Shown here: piece by piece, positions 48,893 through 57,277 of the stretch | Layout of the letters: every line of letters starts with the position of its first letter | How positions within the stretch are numbered: position 1 is the first letter of the stretch | NCBI GenBank assembly: GCA_047601445.1 | Contig: JASGJH010000001.1 | Coordinates: 7,328,001-7,392,000, forward strand | Direction: 5' to 3' | Origin: Myxococcales bacterium | Lineage (GTDB): Bacteria; Myxococcota_A; Polyangia; Polyangiales; DASUME01 | Length of the DNA stretch: 64,000 nucleotides | The notes under the pieces: generated by a model | Databases searched by the model: none | Told to the model about the DNA's origin: nothing | What the model saw: only the letters and a program-made list of their open reading frames with translations | Translations under genes and position numbers: made by a program

Positions 48893-51013
48893 ATGAAGAT
48901 TCACATGATTCTTGGTCCTACAGGGGTGGGGAAAACGAACCGGTCCATCTCTTTGGCGCGGCAGAAGAGCGTGCCAGTCATCTCTCTGGATCGATTCCAG
49001 ATCTTCGATGAGCTCGCGACGGGAACCGGGCGACCGACTCCCGAGGAACTCGCAGGAACCGAGCGCATTTTCCTCGCCAGGCGTCGTGTCGCTGAGGGCG
49101 AGTTTCCCGCCGATGAGGCCTATCAGGCTCTCCTCGGATGGGTCGACGCGCTCTCGCATCATCACGAACTCATCCTCGAAGGTGGTTCCATCTTGCTGTG
49201 CTCGACTCTGTTCGAGCAGGGATTCCTGAGCGCGCACCAAGTCGAAATTCAGAATCTGACGATCCGCGATGTCGACTTCCACCGAAACACCGTCAAGAGC
49301 CGCATCCGTGAAATGCTGGTCTCCACCGATGGTCGCCCCTCGATGGTCGAAGAGCTGGCCAGGGTGTGGAACGAGCCAGCGCAGCTCTCCTTCCTGGAGA
49401 CTATCACCGGCTACGACATCATCATCGAGCATTGCCGGCGGCTTCGCATGACGCCGGGCGATGTCGCGGCGCAGCCGGTGGCCGCCGACCTAGTGGATGC
49501 GATCGCCGAGTCACACGTCGACTACTCGCTGCGACAGATCGCGGCCTTCGCGCGACTCTTGAGCGACCATACGTCACGCTGGAAAGTCCAGTACATCTCC
49601 GAATACACCAGGCCCAATGCGAGCGTGGCGCACGAGTCCTCACGCGGGACGGCATCCGTGGAGGAGAGCTCCAAAACGCCCAGTGACAGCCAGTTCGACC
49701 TCTCGTCGCCGGCCAGGCTCGATGACCCCTATTCGCTGTACGCTCGCCTGCGGCGAGAAGCCCCGGTGTTCCACGACGCCGCGCTCGATGCCTGGATCAT
49801 CAGCCGCTATGACGACGTGTGCTCGATCCTGAAGGACCCGGTGCGGTTTTCTTCGATAGGTGTCCTGAAGGTCAAGGCCGAGCCGCCGCCGGAGGTCGCC
49901 GCGGTGCTCGCGCAGGGAATCCCGTACGTGCGTACCCTCATCGACAACGACCCCCCGGGCCACACGCGCTTTCGCAACCTGGTCAACCGAGCTTTCGTTC
50001 CTCAGCGGGTCAACCAGCTCGAACCAAAGATTTACGCGAGCGCCAACGCCCTGATCGACGAGATCGTCGACAGCGGGGAGTGCGATCTCATGGAGCGCTT
50101 TGCGTTCCCGCTGCCCATCTTCGTCATCGCGGAGATCTTGGGCTTGCCGCGCACGGACGTCGGTGATCTCAAACGCTGGTGTGACGACTGGATGGCACTC
50201 CAGTCTGGAACGGCCCCCGTCGAACACCTCGTGCAATGTGCTCACAGCTATCTCGCGATGCAGCAGTACTTCCTCCAGAAGGTCGCGGAGCGTACGCATG
50301 AGCCGCAGGACGATATGTTGAGCGCGCTCATCCAGGCGCGCGTCGACGACGACGCACCCTTGGCTACGGGCGAGCTGGTTCGCTTGCTGATGAGTCTCTT
50401 GGTCGCGGGCCACGAGACCACCACGCATTCCATCGGCAACGTGCTGACGCTCCTGCTGAGGAACCCGACTCAACTCGCTCTGCTTCGCTCGAACCCGAGC
50501 CTCACGGCGCAAGCGGTCGAGGAAGGATTGCGGATGGACGCCCCCGTCCAGAGCCTGTTCCGCCGGGTCACAGAGGACACCACGGTCGGCGGGACCAGCC
50601 TGCCCAAGGGGGCACGGGTCATGATCCTGTACGGATCGGCCAACCGCGACGAGGCTCAGTTCAAGGATCCCGACCGTTTCGATGTTGCGCGCGGCTCAGG
50701 CGGAAAGCATCTCGCGTTCAGCCGCGGCATTCACTTCTGCCTTGGTGCCACGTTGGCCCGCATGGAGATCCGCATTGCGCTCGATCTCTTGATCCAGCGC
50801 TTGCCCGAGCTGCAGTTGGATGAGAGCCTGCCCCTGGAGCGAGTGCCCCACTTCTTTTTGCGCGGCTACAAGCGCCTGCCACTCAAGTGGAATCCGAACC
50901 CGCAGTCCGCAGGCTACCCGAGTGGAGTGTTCGGTAAGTTCGTGAATACGAGCGAGAGTGCTCTCGCTGACTCGTCCACGCTCGAGCCGAAGAAGACGGC
51001 ATCGCATGACTAG
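48893..51013 (+). CDS. ipt: Adenylate isopentenyltransferase (Ipt/Tzs-type) fused to cytochrome P450
   Basis: N-terminal GPTGVGKT, SLDRFQ, TGTGRP..EL..T.RIFL, LILEGGS, PSMVEEL...W; C-terminal DPPGHTRFR, AGHETT, EEGLR, SANRD, HLAFSRGIHFCLGA; no stop codon between the domains. Confidence 0.9.
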   Translation: MKIHMILGPTGVGKTNRSISLARQKSVPVISLDRFQIFDELATGTGRPTPEELAGTERIFLARRRVAEGEFPADEAYQALLGWVDALSHHHELILEGGSILLCSTLFEQGFLSAHQVEIQNLTIRDVDFHRNTVKSRIREMLVSTDGRPSMVEELARVWNEPAQLSFLETITGYDIIIEHCRRLRMTPGDVAAQPVAADLVDAIAESHVDYSLRQIAAFARLLSDHTSRWKVQYISEYTRPNASVAHESSRGTASVEESSKTPSDSQFDLSSPARLDDPYSLYARLRREAPVFHDAALDAWIISRYDDVCSILKDPVRFSSIGVLKVKAEPPPEVAAVLAQGIPYVRTLIDNDPPGHTRFRNLVNRAFVPQRVNQLEPKIYASANALIDEIVDSGECDLMERFAFPLPIFVIAEILGLPRTDVGDLKRWCDDWMALQSGTAPVEHLVQCAHSYLAMQQYFLQKVAERTHEPQDDMLSALIQARVDDDAPLATGELVRLLMSLLVAGHETTTHSIGNVLTLLLRNPTQLALLRSNPSLTAQAVEEGLRMDAPVQSLFRRVTEDTTVGGTSLPKGARVMILYGSANRDEAQFKDPDRFDVARGSGGKHLAFSRGIHFCLGATLARMEIRIALDLLIQRLPELQLDESLPLERVPHFFLRGYKRLPLKWNPNPQSAGYPSGVFGKFVNTSESALADSSTLEPKKTASHD

Positions 51014-51036
51014 TCGGGCGCGTGGGCTGAATCGAC

Positions 51037-51468
51037 TTAGCGATATCTCGCGTCGACGGAGCTCGGCAGGCTCTTCAACCAGCCGATGGCCTCGTCTTCT
51101 CTCGCGAAGAGCTTGGTAGGCGTCTCTCGCGTGCCGTACACGGCGAGGAAGAAGTTGCCGAGGATGTTGCCGACGAGCGAGCCTCCCAGCAGCGCCAGCG
51201 CCTGGAAGTCTTTGAGCCCTCCGAAGTACGCCCGCGCCTCGTGATCGATCTCCTTACACTTGCGGATATCGACCAAGATGGCCAGACGTTCACCCTTGGC
51301 GAGCTTCAGCTGCGCCTCGACGTTCTCTTTGGCTCCGGCCAGCGTGCACACGGATCCCTGATTGAATTCGAAGCGCAGGATACCGAGGTCTCTGTCGATC
51401 CAAGTGGACCCGGTGCTCGTCTGCACCTTTTCTATCTCCGGACGGAGCTTTCCCCCCTGCGCCCTCAT
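51037..51468 (-). CDS. Small STAS/SpoIIAA-like alpha/beta protein
   Basis: ILVDIR...IDHEARAYF...LGNFF...PTKLF..EDEAIGWL pattern; GGAGG upstream. Confidence 0.7.
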   Translation of the reverse strand: MRAQGGKLRPEIEKVQTSTGSTWIDRDLGILRFEFNQGSVCTLAGAKENVEAQLKLAKGERLAILVDIRKCKEIDHEARAYFGGLKDFQALALLGGSLVGNILGNFFLAVYGTRETPTKLFAREDEAIGWLKSLPSSVDARYR

Positions 51469-51688
51469 TCGATCACTCCTTTGCTACCTCCGCGGCCGAG
51501 TCCATGACGCGATGCGTCTGCTGGCCGCATGCCCGAGAAGGCAGCATGTGAGCAATGATGCCTGCCCCCCGATTGCCCCAGCAAGCGGATACTGAGGGGG
51601 AGGGGTGAAAAGCAGGTTAGTGAAAATACACAGGTTATTGGCCAGCCGTGGGTGCGTCATGGGATAGCCCAAACTTGGCAACGATTGA

Positions 51689-52591
51689 CTACGTCCCGGG
51701 CAAGCCGGGCTCCCCCAAGTGACGCAGGCGTGACAGGTCCGCGTGGAAATAGACGCGCTGGATCTTGCCACCGTCGACCTCGAGCAGCAGCGCCGCGAAG
51801 GGCTGGCCGGCCTGCTTGAACACCACCCCTGGCTGCCCGTTGAGCTCGTGATCCTCGATCTGAAGTGAGGCGGCGGTCTTGGCGGTCGTGTGCGCCACGA
51901 AGGCGGCGATGCGCTCGGCTCCCTCCAGTGGGCGCGGCAAGTTGCGCACGCCGTTGGTGGTGCGTCCCTGCTCGCCGCCGTCGGTGATCATCACGGCGTT
52001 GTCGGCCAGCATTTCCACGAGCGCGCGCGTGTCGCCCAGGGTCGCCGCGTCCATGAAGGAGCGCAACAGGCGCAGGTGCTCGGCACGGTCGGTGGGGAGC
52101 GAACGCTTGGTGCTCGCCACCTGCGTGCGGGCGCGCTCGAGGAGCTTGCGGCAGGCGGCCGTGCTCTTGTGGATGAGGTCCGCGATCTCGCTGTGCTCGA
52201 AGTCGAAGACGTCGTGCAAGAGCAGCACGGCTCGCTCGGCTGGGCTCAGGCGCTGCAACATCACCAGGAATGCCATCGAGATCTGCTCGAGGTGTTCGAG
52301 TTCGGAGAGGCTGCTGCGTGCGACATCGACCGGCTCGGGCAGGCGGTCCGAGCGGCTGTGCTCGCGCTGAACCTTGGCGGACTGCAGTTCATTGAGGCAA
52401 AGGCGCGTGACCATGGTGACCAGGTAGGCCTTGGGAGACTCCACCCCCTCGCTGTGCCGCTCCCAACGCAGCCACGCCTCCTGGACGAGGTCTTCGGCGC
52501 GGCCGAGGTCGCCGAGCATGCGATAGGCGAGGGCGATGAGTTCAGGGCGGGCTGCTGCGAACGCAGTGAGGGCCGTAGGGGCCGACGTCAT
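51689..52591 (-). CDS. ECF41/SigJ-type sigma factor with SnoaL-like extension
   Basis: LAYRMLG...AEDLVQEAWLRW, LPEP linker, LSPAERAVLLLHDVF, TDGG and NGQPG motifs. Confidence 0.9.
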   Translation of the reverse strand: MTSAPTALTAFAAARPELIALAYRMLGDLGRAEDLVQEAWLRWERHSEGVESPKAYLVTMVTRLCLNELQSAKVQREHSRSDRLPEPVDVARSSLSELEHLEQISMAFLVMLQRLSPAERAVLLLHDVFDFEHSEIADLIHKSTAACRKLLERARTQVASTKRSLPTDRAEHLRLLRSFMDAATLGDTRALVEMLADNAVMITDGGEQGRTTNGVRNLPRPLEGAERIAAFVAHTTAKTAASLQIEDHELNGQPGVVFKQAGQPFAALLLEVDGGKIQRVYFHADLSRLRHLGEPGLPGT

Positions 52592-52599
52592 GCCCATGA

Positions 52600-52672
52600 G
52601 ACCGGCCAGCACCGGCGAGCGTGACAGGGGCCGACGAAAAAAAGTGGTCACGCAGGTCGGGGTTGTCCGGTC
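52600..52672. promoter_or_regulatory. Divergent pair of ECF41-type promoters (T/G)GTCACG-N16-GGTC
   Basis: Minus TGTCACG-N16-GGTC (52626-52600); plus GGTCACG-N16-GGTC (52646-52672); resembles the ECF41 consensus TGTCACA-N16-CGTC as recalled. Confidence 0.7.
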
Positions 52673-52706
52673 TTAAGCGCAGGCGGACCCAAGCGCCTGG
52701 AGCTCA

Positions 52707-53678
52707 ATGATGTTCAAAGCCTCGAGATTGTGCGGCTTGTCGCTCGTGATCACGCTGGTCACTGGCGCCTGCTACCGATTGCCACCTGCCTCACCCTATC
52801 AGGACCAGCTGCCCCAACGATTGTCTGACACGGGGCTGTACGCGCCTGGCCGGGTGAGCGTCGCTTCGGGCGTGCGCCCCTACGAGCCGAACTACGCGCT
52901 GTGGAGCGACGGCTCCGCCAAGCGACGCTGGATCAAGTTGCCCGATGGCTCGCGCATCGACGTGCGCGACATGGACGACTGGCAGTTTCCGGTGGGTACG
53001 AAGCTGTGGAAGGAGTTCTCGCAGGGCGGCGTCCGGGTGGAGACGCGGCTCTTGCAACGGGTGAGCGAGGCCGAAGGCGGCTGGGCTGCTGCGGCCTATG
53101 TGTGGTCGCTCGATCAGCGGGACGCAGTACGCATGGATCAGGGCATGGTCGACGCGCTCGGCACGCCCCACGACGTGCCCTCGGCGCGGGCCTGTGCCGC
53201 CTGCCACGCGGGCCGCGCTTCGTTCGTGCTCGGCTTCTCGGCGGTGCAGCTCTCGCGGGGGGCGCGCGATGCGCAAGACCTCACGCTGGACGTGCTGGTC
53301 GCCGAAGGGGCGCTCTCCGAATCCACGACCTCCCGTGTCGTCCCCGGAGACGCGCAGACCCAACAGGCGCTCGGCTATCTACACGCCAACTGTGGTCACT
53401 GTCATAGCGCGTCGCGTCCACGCACCGCGCGCTCCATGCGTCCGCCGCGCGGACTCGACCTGTTCCTCACCGCGTCGTCCCTGGCACACGTGGAGGACAC
53501 ACCGAGCCATCGCACGCTGCGGGACTACGTCGACGTCGAGCATCCCCACGAGAGTACGCTGCTCTCGCGGATGGCCAAGTCAGGGCTCGTGAAGCGACGC
53601 ATGCCGCCACTCGCCAGCGAGCTGCCCGATCAAGCGGGCATGGAGCTCGTCGCGCGCTTCATCGCCAGCCTGCGCTGA
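52707..53678 (+). CDS. Diheme c-type cytochrome lipoprotein
   Basis: Lipobox TGAC; LWSDGSAKRRW...FPVGT..KEF...ETRL; CAACH and CGHCH; RMPP. Confidence 0.85.
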   Translation: MMFKASRLCGLSLVITLVTGACYRLPPASPYQDQLPQRLSDTGLYAPGRVSVASGVRPYEPNYALWSDGSAKRRWIKLPDGSRIDVRDMDDWQFPVGTKLWKEFSQGGVRVETRLLQRVSEAEGGWAAAAYVWSLDQRDAVRMDQGMVDALGTPHDVPSARACAACHAGRASFVLGFSAVQLSRGARDAQDLTLDVLVAEGALSESTTSRVVPGDAQTQQALGYLHANCGHCHSASRPRTARSMRPPRGLDLFLTASSLAHVEDTPSHRTLRDYVDVEHPHESTLLSRMAKSGLVKRRMPPLASELPDQAGMELVARFIASLR

Positions 53679-53706
53679 ACGCCTTTCCACTCACACGGAG
53701 GAACCC

Positions 53707-54129
53707 ATGGACCGAAAGACCAAGCTCATCTATTGGATCAGTACATCGATCATCTTCGTGCTCATGTTCGGCAGCGGCCTGACCTTCGCGTTCGCCACCG
53801 AGGCCTTCCAGCGCTTCGGTCTGCCCGATTGGTTTCGCGTCGAGCTCACGGCGGCCAAGTTGATCGGGGCCATGGTGCTGGTGCTGCCGCGCGTGCCCGC
53901 CAAGATCCGCGAGTTTGCCTACTTTGGTTTCGGGCTGACCATCGTGTCGGCCGACATCGCGCATCTCTCGAGCGGAGACACGGCTTGGTACCTGCTGCCG
54001 CACGCGACCTTCTTGGGCCTGCTCTTCACTTCGTACCGCTTGTTTCCGCGGGTGCACGGGGGCGAGTCTCCGGATGCAGCCGCCACCAAGCTTGCGGACG
54101 CTCAGACCATGACTGCGCGGACGGCATGA
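53707..54129 (+). CDS. DoxX-like membrane protein
   Basis: YWIST, G.P.WFRVEL..AK..G, EFAYFGF, AHLSSGD. Confidence 0.85.
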   Translation: MDRKTKLIYWISTSIIFVLMFGSGLTFAFATEAFQRFGLPDWFRVELTAAKLIGAMVLVLPRVPAKIREFAYFGFGLTIVSADIAHLSSGDTAWYLLPHATFLGLLFTSYRLFPRVHGGESPDAAATKLADAQTMTARTA

Positions 54130-54133
54130 GGGG

Positions 54134-56077
54134 TCAGAGCAAGATCACGTCGCCGCAGTAGCGGTTGATGCACTGGGTGGCCTCGCCGCAGCAGTCGCTC
54201 ACGTCGCTGCAGCGCTCGCCGTCCTTGGCGCACTCTTGCTTGGTGGAGCTGCACATGCCGAGCTGGTCCACCGTGAACTCGCCGGCGGGCGGGAAGTTGC
54301 AGTAGCCGCCGCAGCAGTCCGCACCGCTGCGGCATCCGTCGCCGTCTTTCTTGCACGGATCGAGCGCGGTGAAAGCGCGGTGGTTCGAGGTGTCGAAGTC
54401 CTGGCCGGACACGTAGAAGGCGGGGCTGCTCGGGTCGCCGGTGTACTTGCCGTCGGCGGATACCTTGAGTGCGCTGCCCCAGAGCTGACGCTTGAAGCCC
54501 TGGTTGCCGTAGTGGCGCATGGAGTCGAAGAAGATCCAGAAGTAGCCACCCGACGCGACTGGGGACACGGTGGGGTAGTAGGCCTGATGGAGCTCCTCGG
54601 AGCCGAACGGTAGGTAGGTCTTGTTCGAGCTCGCGTCGGCCACCTTATCGAAGCCCATGGCCTTGGCGAGCAGCGTGGCCTGCTTGCTCTTCACGTCGAC
54701 CACGTAGATGTCGCTCTCGGGGCCGCGCGCGATGGCGGCCGAGATGCCCACACCGTTGCCGTCGAAGGCCGAGTCGGAGCCGAGCGCGAACACGGCGCCG
54801 CCGTTGTCGGGCAAGAGGAAGGGCCAACCGGGGTAAAGCGTTGCGTGGCTGTAGATGCTGCGCGCGTTCGCGACCTTGCGGTTCTTGGCGTCGTAGTCCA
54901 TCAACGAGAGGGCGTGGCCGGAGCTTTGTGCATTGTCGTTGAACACCAGCAGGTTTCCGTCGGGGGAGAAGGTGGGCATCATGGCGGTGGTGGGGATGCC
55001 AGAGTTGTTCACTGCGTTGCCGCTGTCCGTCTCGTAGAGTCCAGAGCTGGCCGCCGCTGGCGGGAGCACGCCGCCGTTGAGGAGCGGGCCCACTGTGAGG
55101 CTCGATGCCGAGCTGACGTAGACCGATCCATCGGGTGAGATGCCGACGAAGGAGCCCGACGCGATGCCATGGGAGGGAGCCGGATTGGCCGGCGTCATGG
55201 GCGCGATCTGATACACGGAGCCGGTGCCCGTGATGCCCGTGGCCTCGCTCGCCACCAAACGCGAGCCATTGGCGGAGACCGAGTGACACCCGGTGCACGT
55301 GCCCTGACGTGCGAACTGCGCGGCGTCCTTGCCGGGCTGGATACGCTGGATGGCGCCCCCGCCGCCGAAGCCCCCGCCGGAGGTCTCGTAGCTGTTGTAG
55401 AAGATGGAGCCGCTCAAGGTGGCATTGGCGATCACCAGCTTGCGCGTGAGGGGCCCGCGCGCCGTGTCACCGCTCAGGAAGGAGAGCTCGATGCTGAAAG
55501 GCTCCGCGGGACCCTGGGTGCGCGCGCCCGCTTGCGTCCACACGTTGGCAGGGATTTGGATGCGTCCGTTGGCCGTGGGCTTGAGGCAGCCCTTGTAGTC
55601 GAAGCCCTTGGCGCTGATGTGCAGGTAGATGGCGTCGGCGTTGCTGCCGTCCCACATCATGAGCGGCGCCTTGAGGCCGCGCGGAAAGACGGTGCCTTCG
55701 TACGGATAGAGCACGCGCATGCCCGTGCTGCTGCCACCCGCCATCAACTTGCCGAGCTTGTCGGCCGAGAGGCCGGCGGGATTGTCGGCGCCGCACTGAT
55801 CGACCGCGTAGGGCGCGTCGAGCGGTTGATCGCCGGGCACGTCGGGCTCTGCGTCGCCGTCGCCATCGCCATCGCCGTCGCCCGCTGGATCACCGTCGCC
55901 ATCGCCATCGCCCTTGGCGTCGCCATCGCCGGGGTTGCCTTGGCCGTTGCCTGGCGCGACGGTGCCTTTGGGGTCTCCGCAAGCCGCGCTCGCTAGCGCA
56001 GCCAGCAGTGCAACGAGGAGGCGTGCTCGTGGTGAGCGGAAGCAAGAAGCCGATGTCGAACGAAGCCCTGCGCGCAT
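54134..56077 (-). CDS. Lipoprotein with TolB-like beta-propeller and Cys-rich C-terminus
   Basis: Lipobox SAAC, GD linker, CTGCH, PTFSPDG repeats, terminal CK.DG..C....DCC modules. Confidence 0.8.
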   Translation of the reverse strand: MRAGLRSTSASCFRSPRARLLVALLAALASAACGDPKGTVAPGNGQGNPGDGDAKGDGDGDGDPAGDGDGDGDGDAEPDVPGDQPLDAPYAVDQCGADNPAGLSADKLGKLMAGGSSTGMRVLYPYEGTVFPRGLKAPLMMWDGSNADAIYLHISAKGFDYKGCLKPTANGRIQIPANVWTQAGARTQGPAEPFSIELSFLSGDTARGPLTRKLVIANATLSGSIFYNSYETSGGGFGGGGAIQRIQPGKDAAQFARQGTCTGCHSVSANGSRLVASEATGITGTGSVYQIAPMTPANPAPSHGIASGSFVGISPDGSVYVSSASSLTVGPLLNGGVLPPAAASSGLYETDSGNAVNNSGIPTTAMMPTFSPDGNLLVFNDNAQSSGHALSLMDYDAKNRKVANARSIYSHATLYPGWPFLLPDNGGAVFALGSDSAFDGNGVGISAAIARGPESDIYVVDVKSKQATLLAKAMGFDKVADASSNKTYLPFGSEELHQAYYPTVSPVASGGYFWIFFDSMRHYGNQGFKRQLWGSALKVSADGKYTGDPSSPAFYVSGQDFDTSNHRAFTALDPCKKDGDGCRSGADCCGGYCNFPPAGEFTVDQLGMCSSTKQECAKDGERCSDVSDCCGEATQCINRYCGDVILL

Positions 56078-56226
56078 GGCGACTCTCCAAGCGAAGACGT
56101 GCAAACCGGCGCGAGCTGCAGGCTCGCCCGCGCAGGACCTTACCCGCAAACCGAGGCCGTCCCTGAAGCTGACGCGTTAGGCCAACTGGTTTGTCGCAGC
56201 CAGCCAAGCACGAAGCCGCCGGCTTT

Positions 56227-57234
56227 TCAGCGGTTCAGCTCGATCATGAGGCCGAGGGTAGTGCGCAGGAAAGGAGACCTGGCTTGAAATAGCAGGCCCG
56301 CATCTTCCACCTCGAAGCGCGGCCGGCGCAGCGGCACGCCGAGGGCGAGCGAGCCCGTGGGCACGACTCTGCCGTAGGGACCAAGGGACAAAGAGAGTCC
56401 GAACAACGAGGCGGCCCATAGGCCCGTATGCGTGGCGGCTTCAGGCAGTCCGGTGCCCCCTCCGTGCTGCGCACCGAGCTCGAGACTCACGCAAGGGGCG
56501 ACCGCGTAGCGTCTGGAGCGCGGCTGCGCGTCGAAGGCAGCCCCGAGCACCGCGTAGCAAGCCTCGAGCTTGGCGGCGACCAATCGGAAGTCGGCTCGAG
56601 CGCCCGGCGCTCCGCCCACCACGTTCACGCGCTCAGGCGTGAAGTAGCTCGCCGACAGCGCTGCCTGGAAGCGACGCGCGCCGATCGCGAGGGCCGCGCC
56701 CCCGGCGAGGCTGGTGCTGGGCAACGAGCCCACATCGAGGCCGAGCAGGGCGCCCAGGCGCACGCTGGTGGCAAGCGGGCGCGAGGCGCGCGCGGGCGCC
56801 TGCGAATCGTCTTGGAGCTCGACAGGGCGCGCGGGCGTCTCGGGCGGAGGGGGAGGCGTAGGCGAGGCCGGTGGGGGTGGACGGGGAGGCTTGGGTTCAG
56901 GCGCATTCTGATCGGACGCCATGCTGATCACGAGCAACACGGCCTCGGTCAGCTCTTCGCAGTCGTGCCCGTAGAGCAGGCGCTGCTCGCGGCCCTCGGC
57001 ATGGTGCAACCGGATGCGTGCACGCAGCTCGCCGTTCGGCGTGTGGTCGATCCAGACCTCGGCGCGCCCTTCGCTCAGAAGGGAAGCTCCCTGGCTGCGC
57101 GCGCGCAGGCGCTCGTCCGCTTCCTGCGCGGACGGACACGTGGAAGGCCCATGCCAGGCAATCGAGAGGTCGGCCCGCGCGCCCGCTACCCAGCCCAGGA
57201 CCCCGATGAAGGCGCACAGCCACTCCCGCGACAT
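56227..57234 (-). CDS. Exported hypothetical protein (same architecture as 676..1641)
   Basis: Signal ARA-D, W.GP..CP...R.L...DC.EL.EA..L.I, Pro-rich linker, beta-rich C-terminus. Confidence 0.75.
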   Translation of the reverse strand: MSREWLCAFIGVLGWVAGARADLSIAWHGPSTCPSAQEADERLRARSQGASLLSEGRAEVWIDHTPNGELRARIRLHHAEGREQRLLYGHDCEELTEAVLLVISMASDQNAPEPKPPRPPPPASPTPPPPPETPARPVELQDDSQAPARASRPLATSVRLGALLGLDVGSLPSTSLAGGAALAIGARRFQAALSASYFTPERVNVVGGAPGARADFRLVAAKLEACYAVLGAAFDAQPRSRRYAVAPCVSLELGAQHGGGTGLPEAATHTGLWAASLFGLSLSLGPYGRVVPTGSLALGVPLRRPRFEVEDAGLLFQARSPFLRTTLGLMIELNR

Positions 57235-57277
57235 GGAGCGCCGAGCATACTCGAGTCACGCTCCGCACAAAGCACTT

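Noticed and set aside
48893..49580. tRNA dimethylallyltransferase miaA
   Set aside because: The domain is only ~230 aa, has DRFQ and TGRP rather than the MiaA DSMQ and TAKP motifs, lacks the tRNA-binding insertion, and sits with LOG and a P450.
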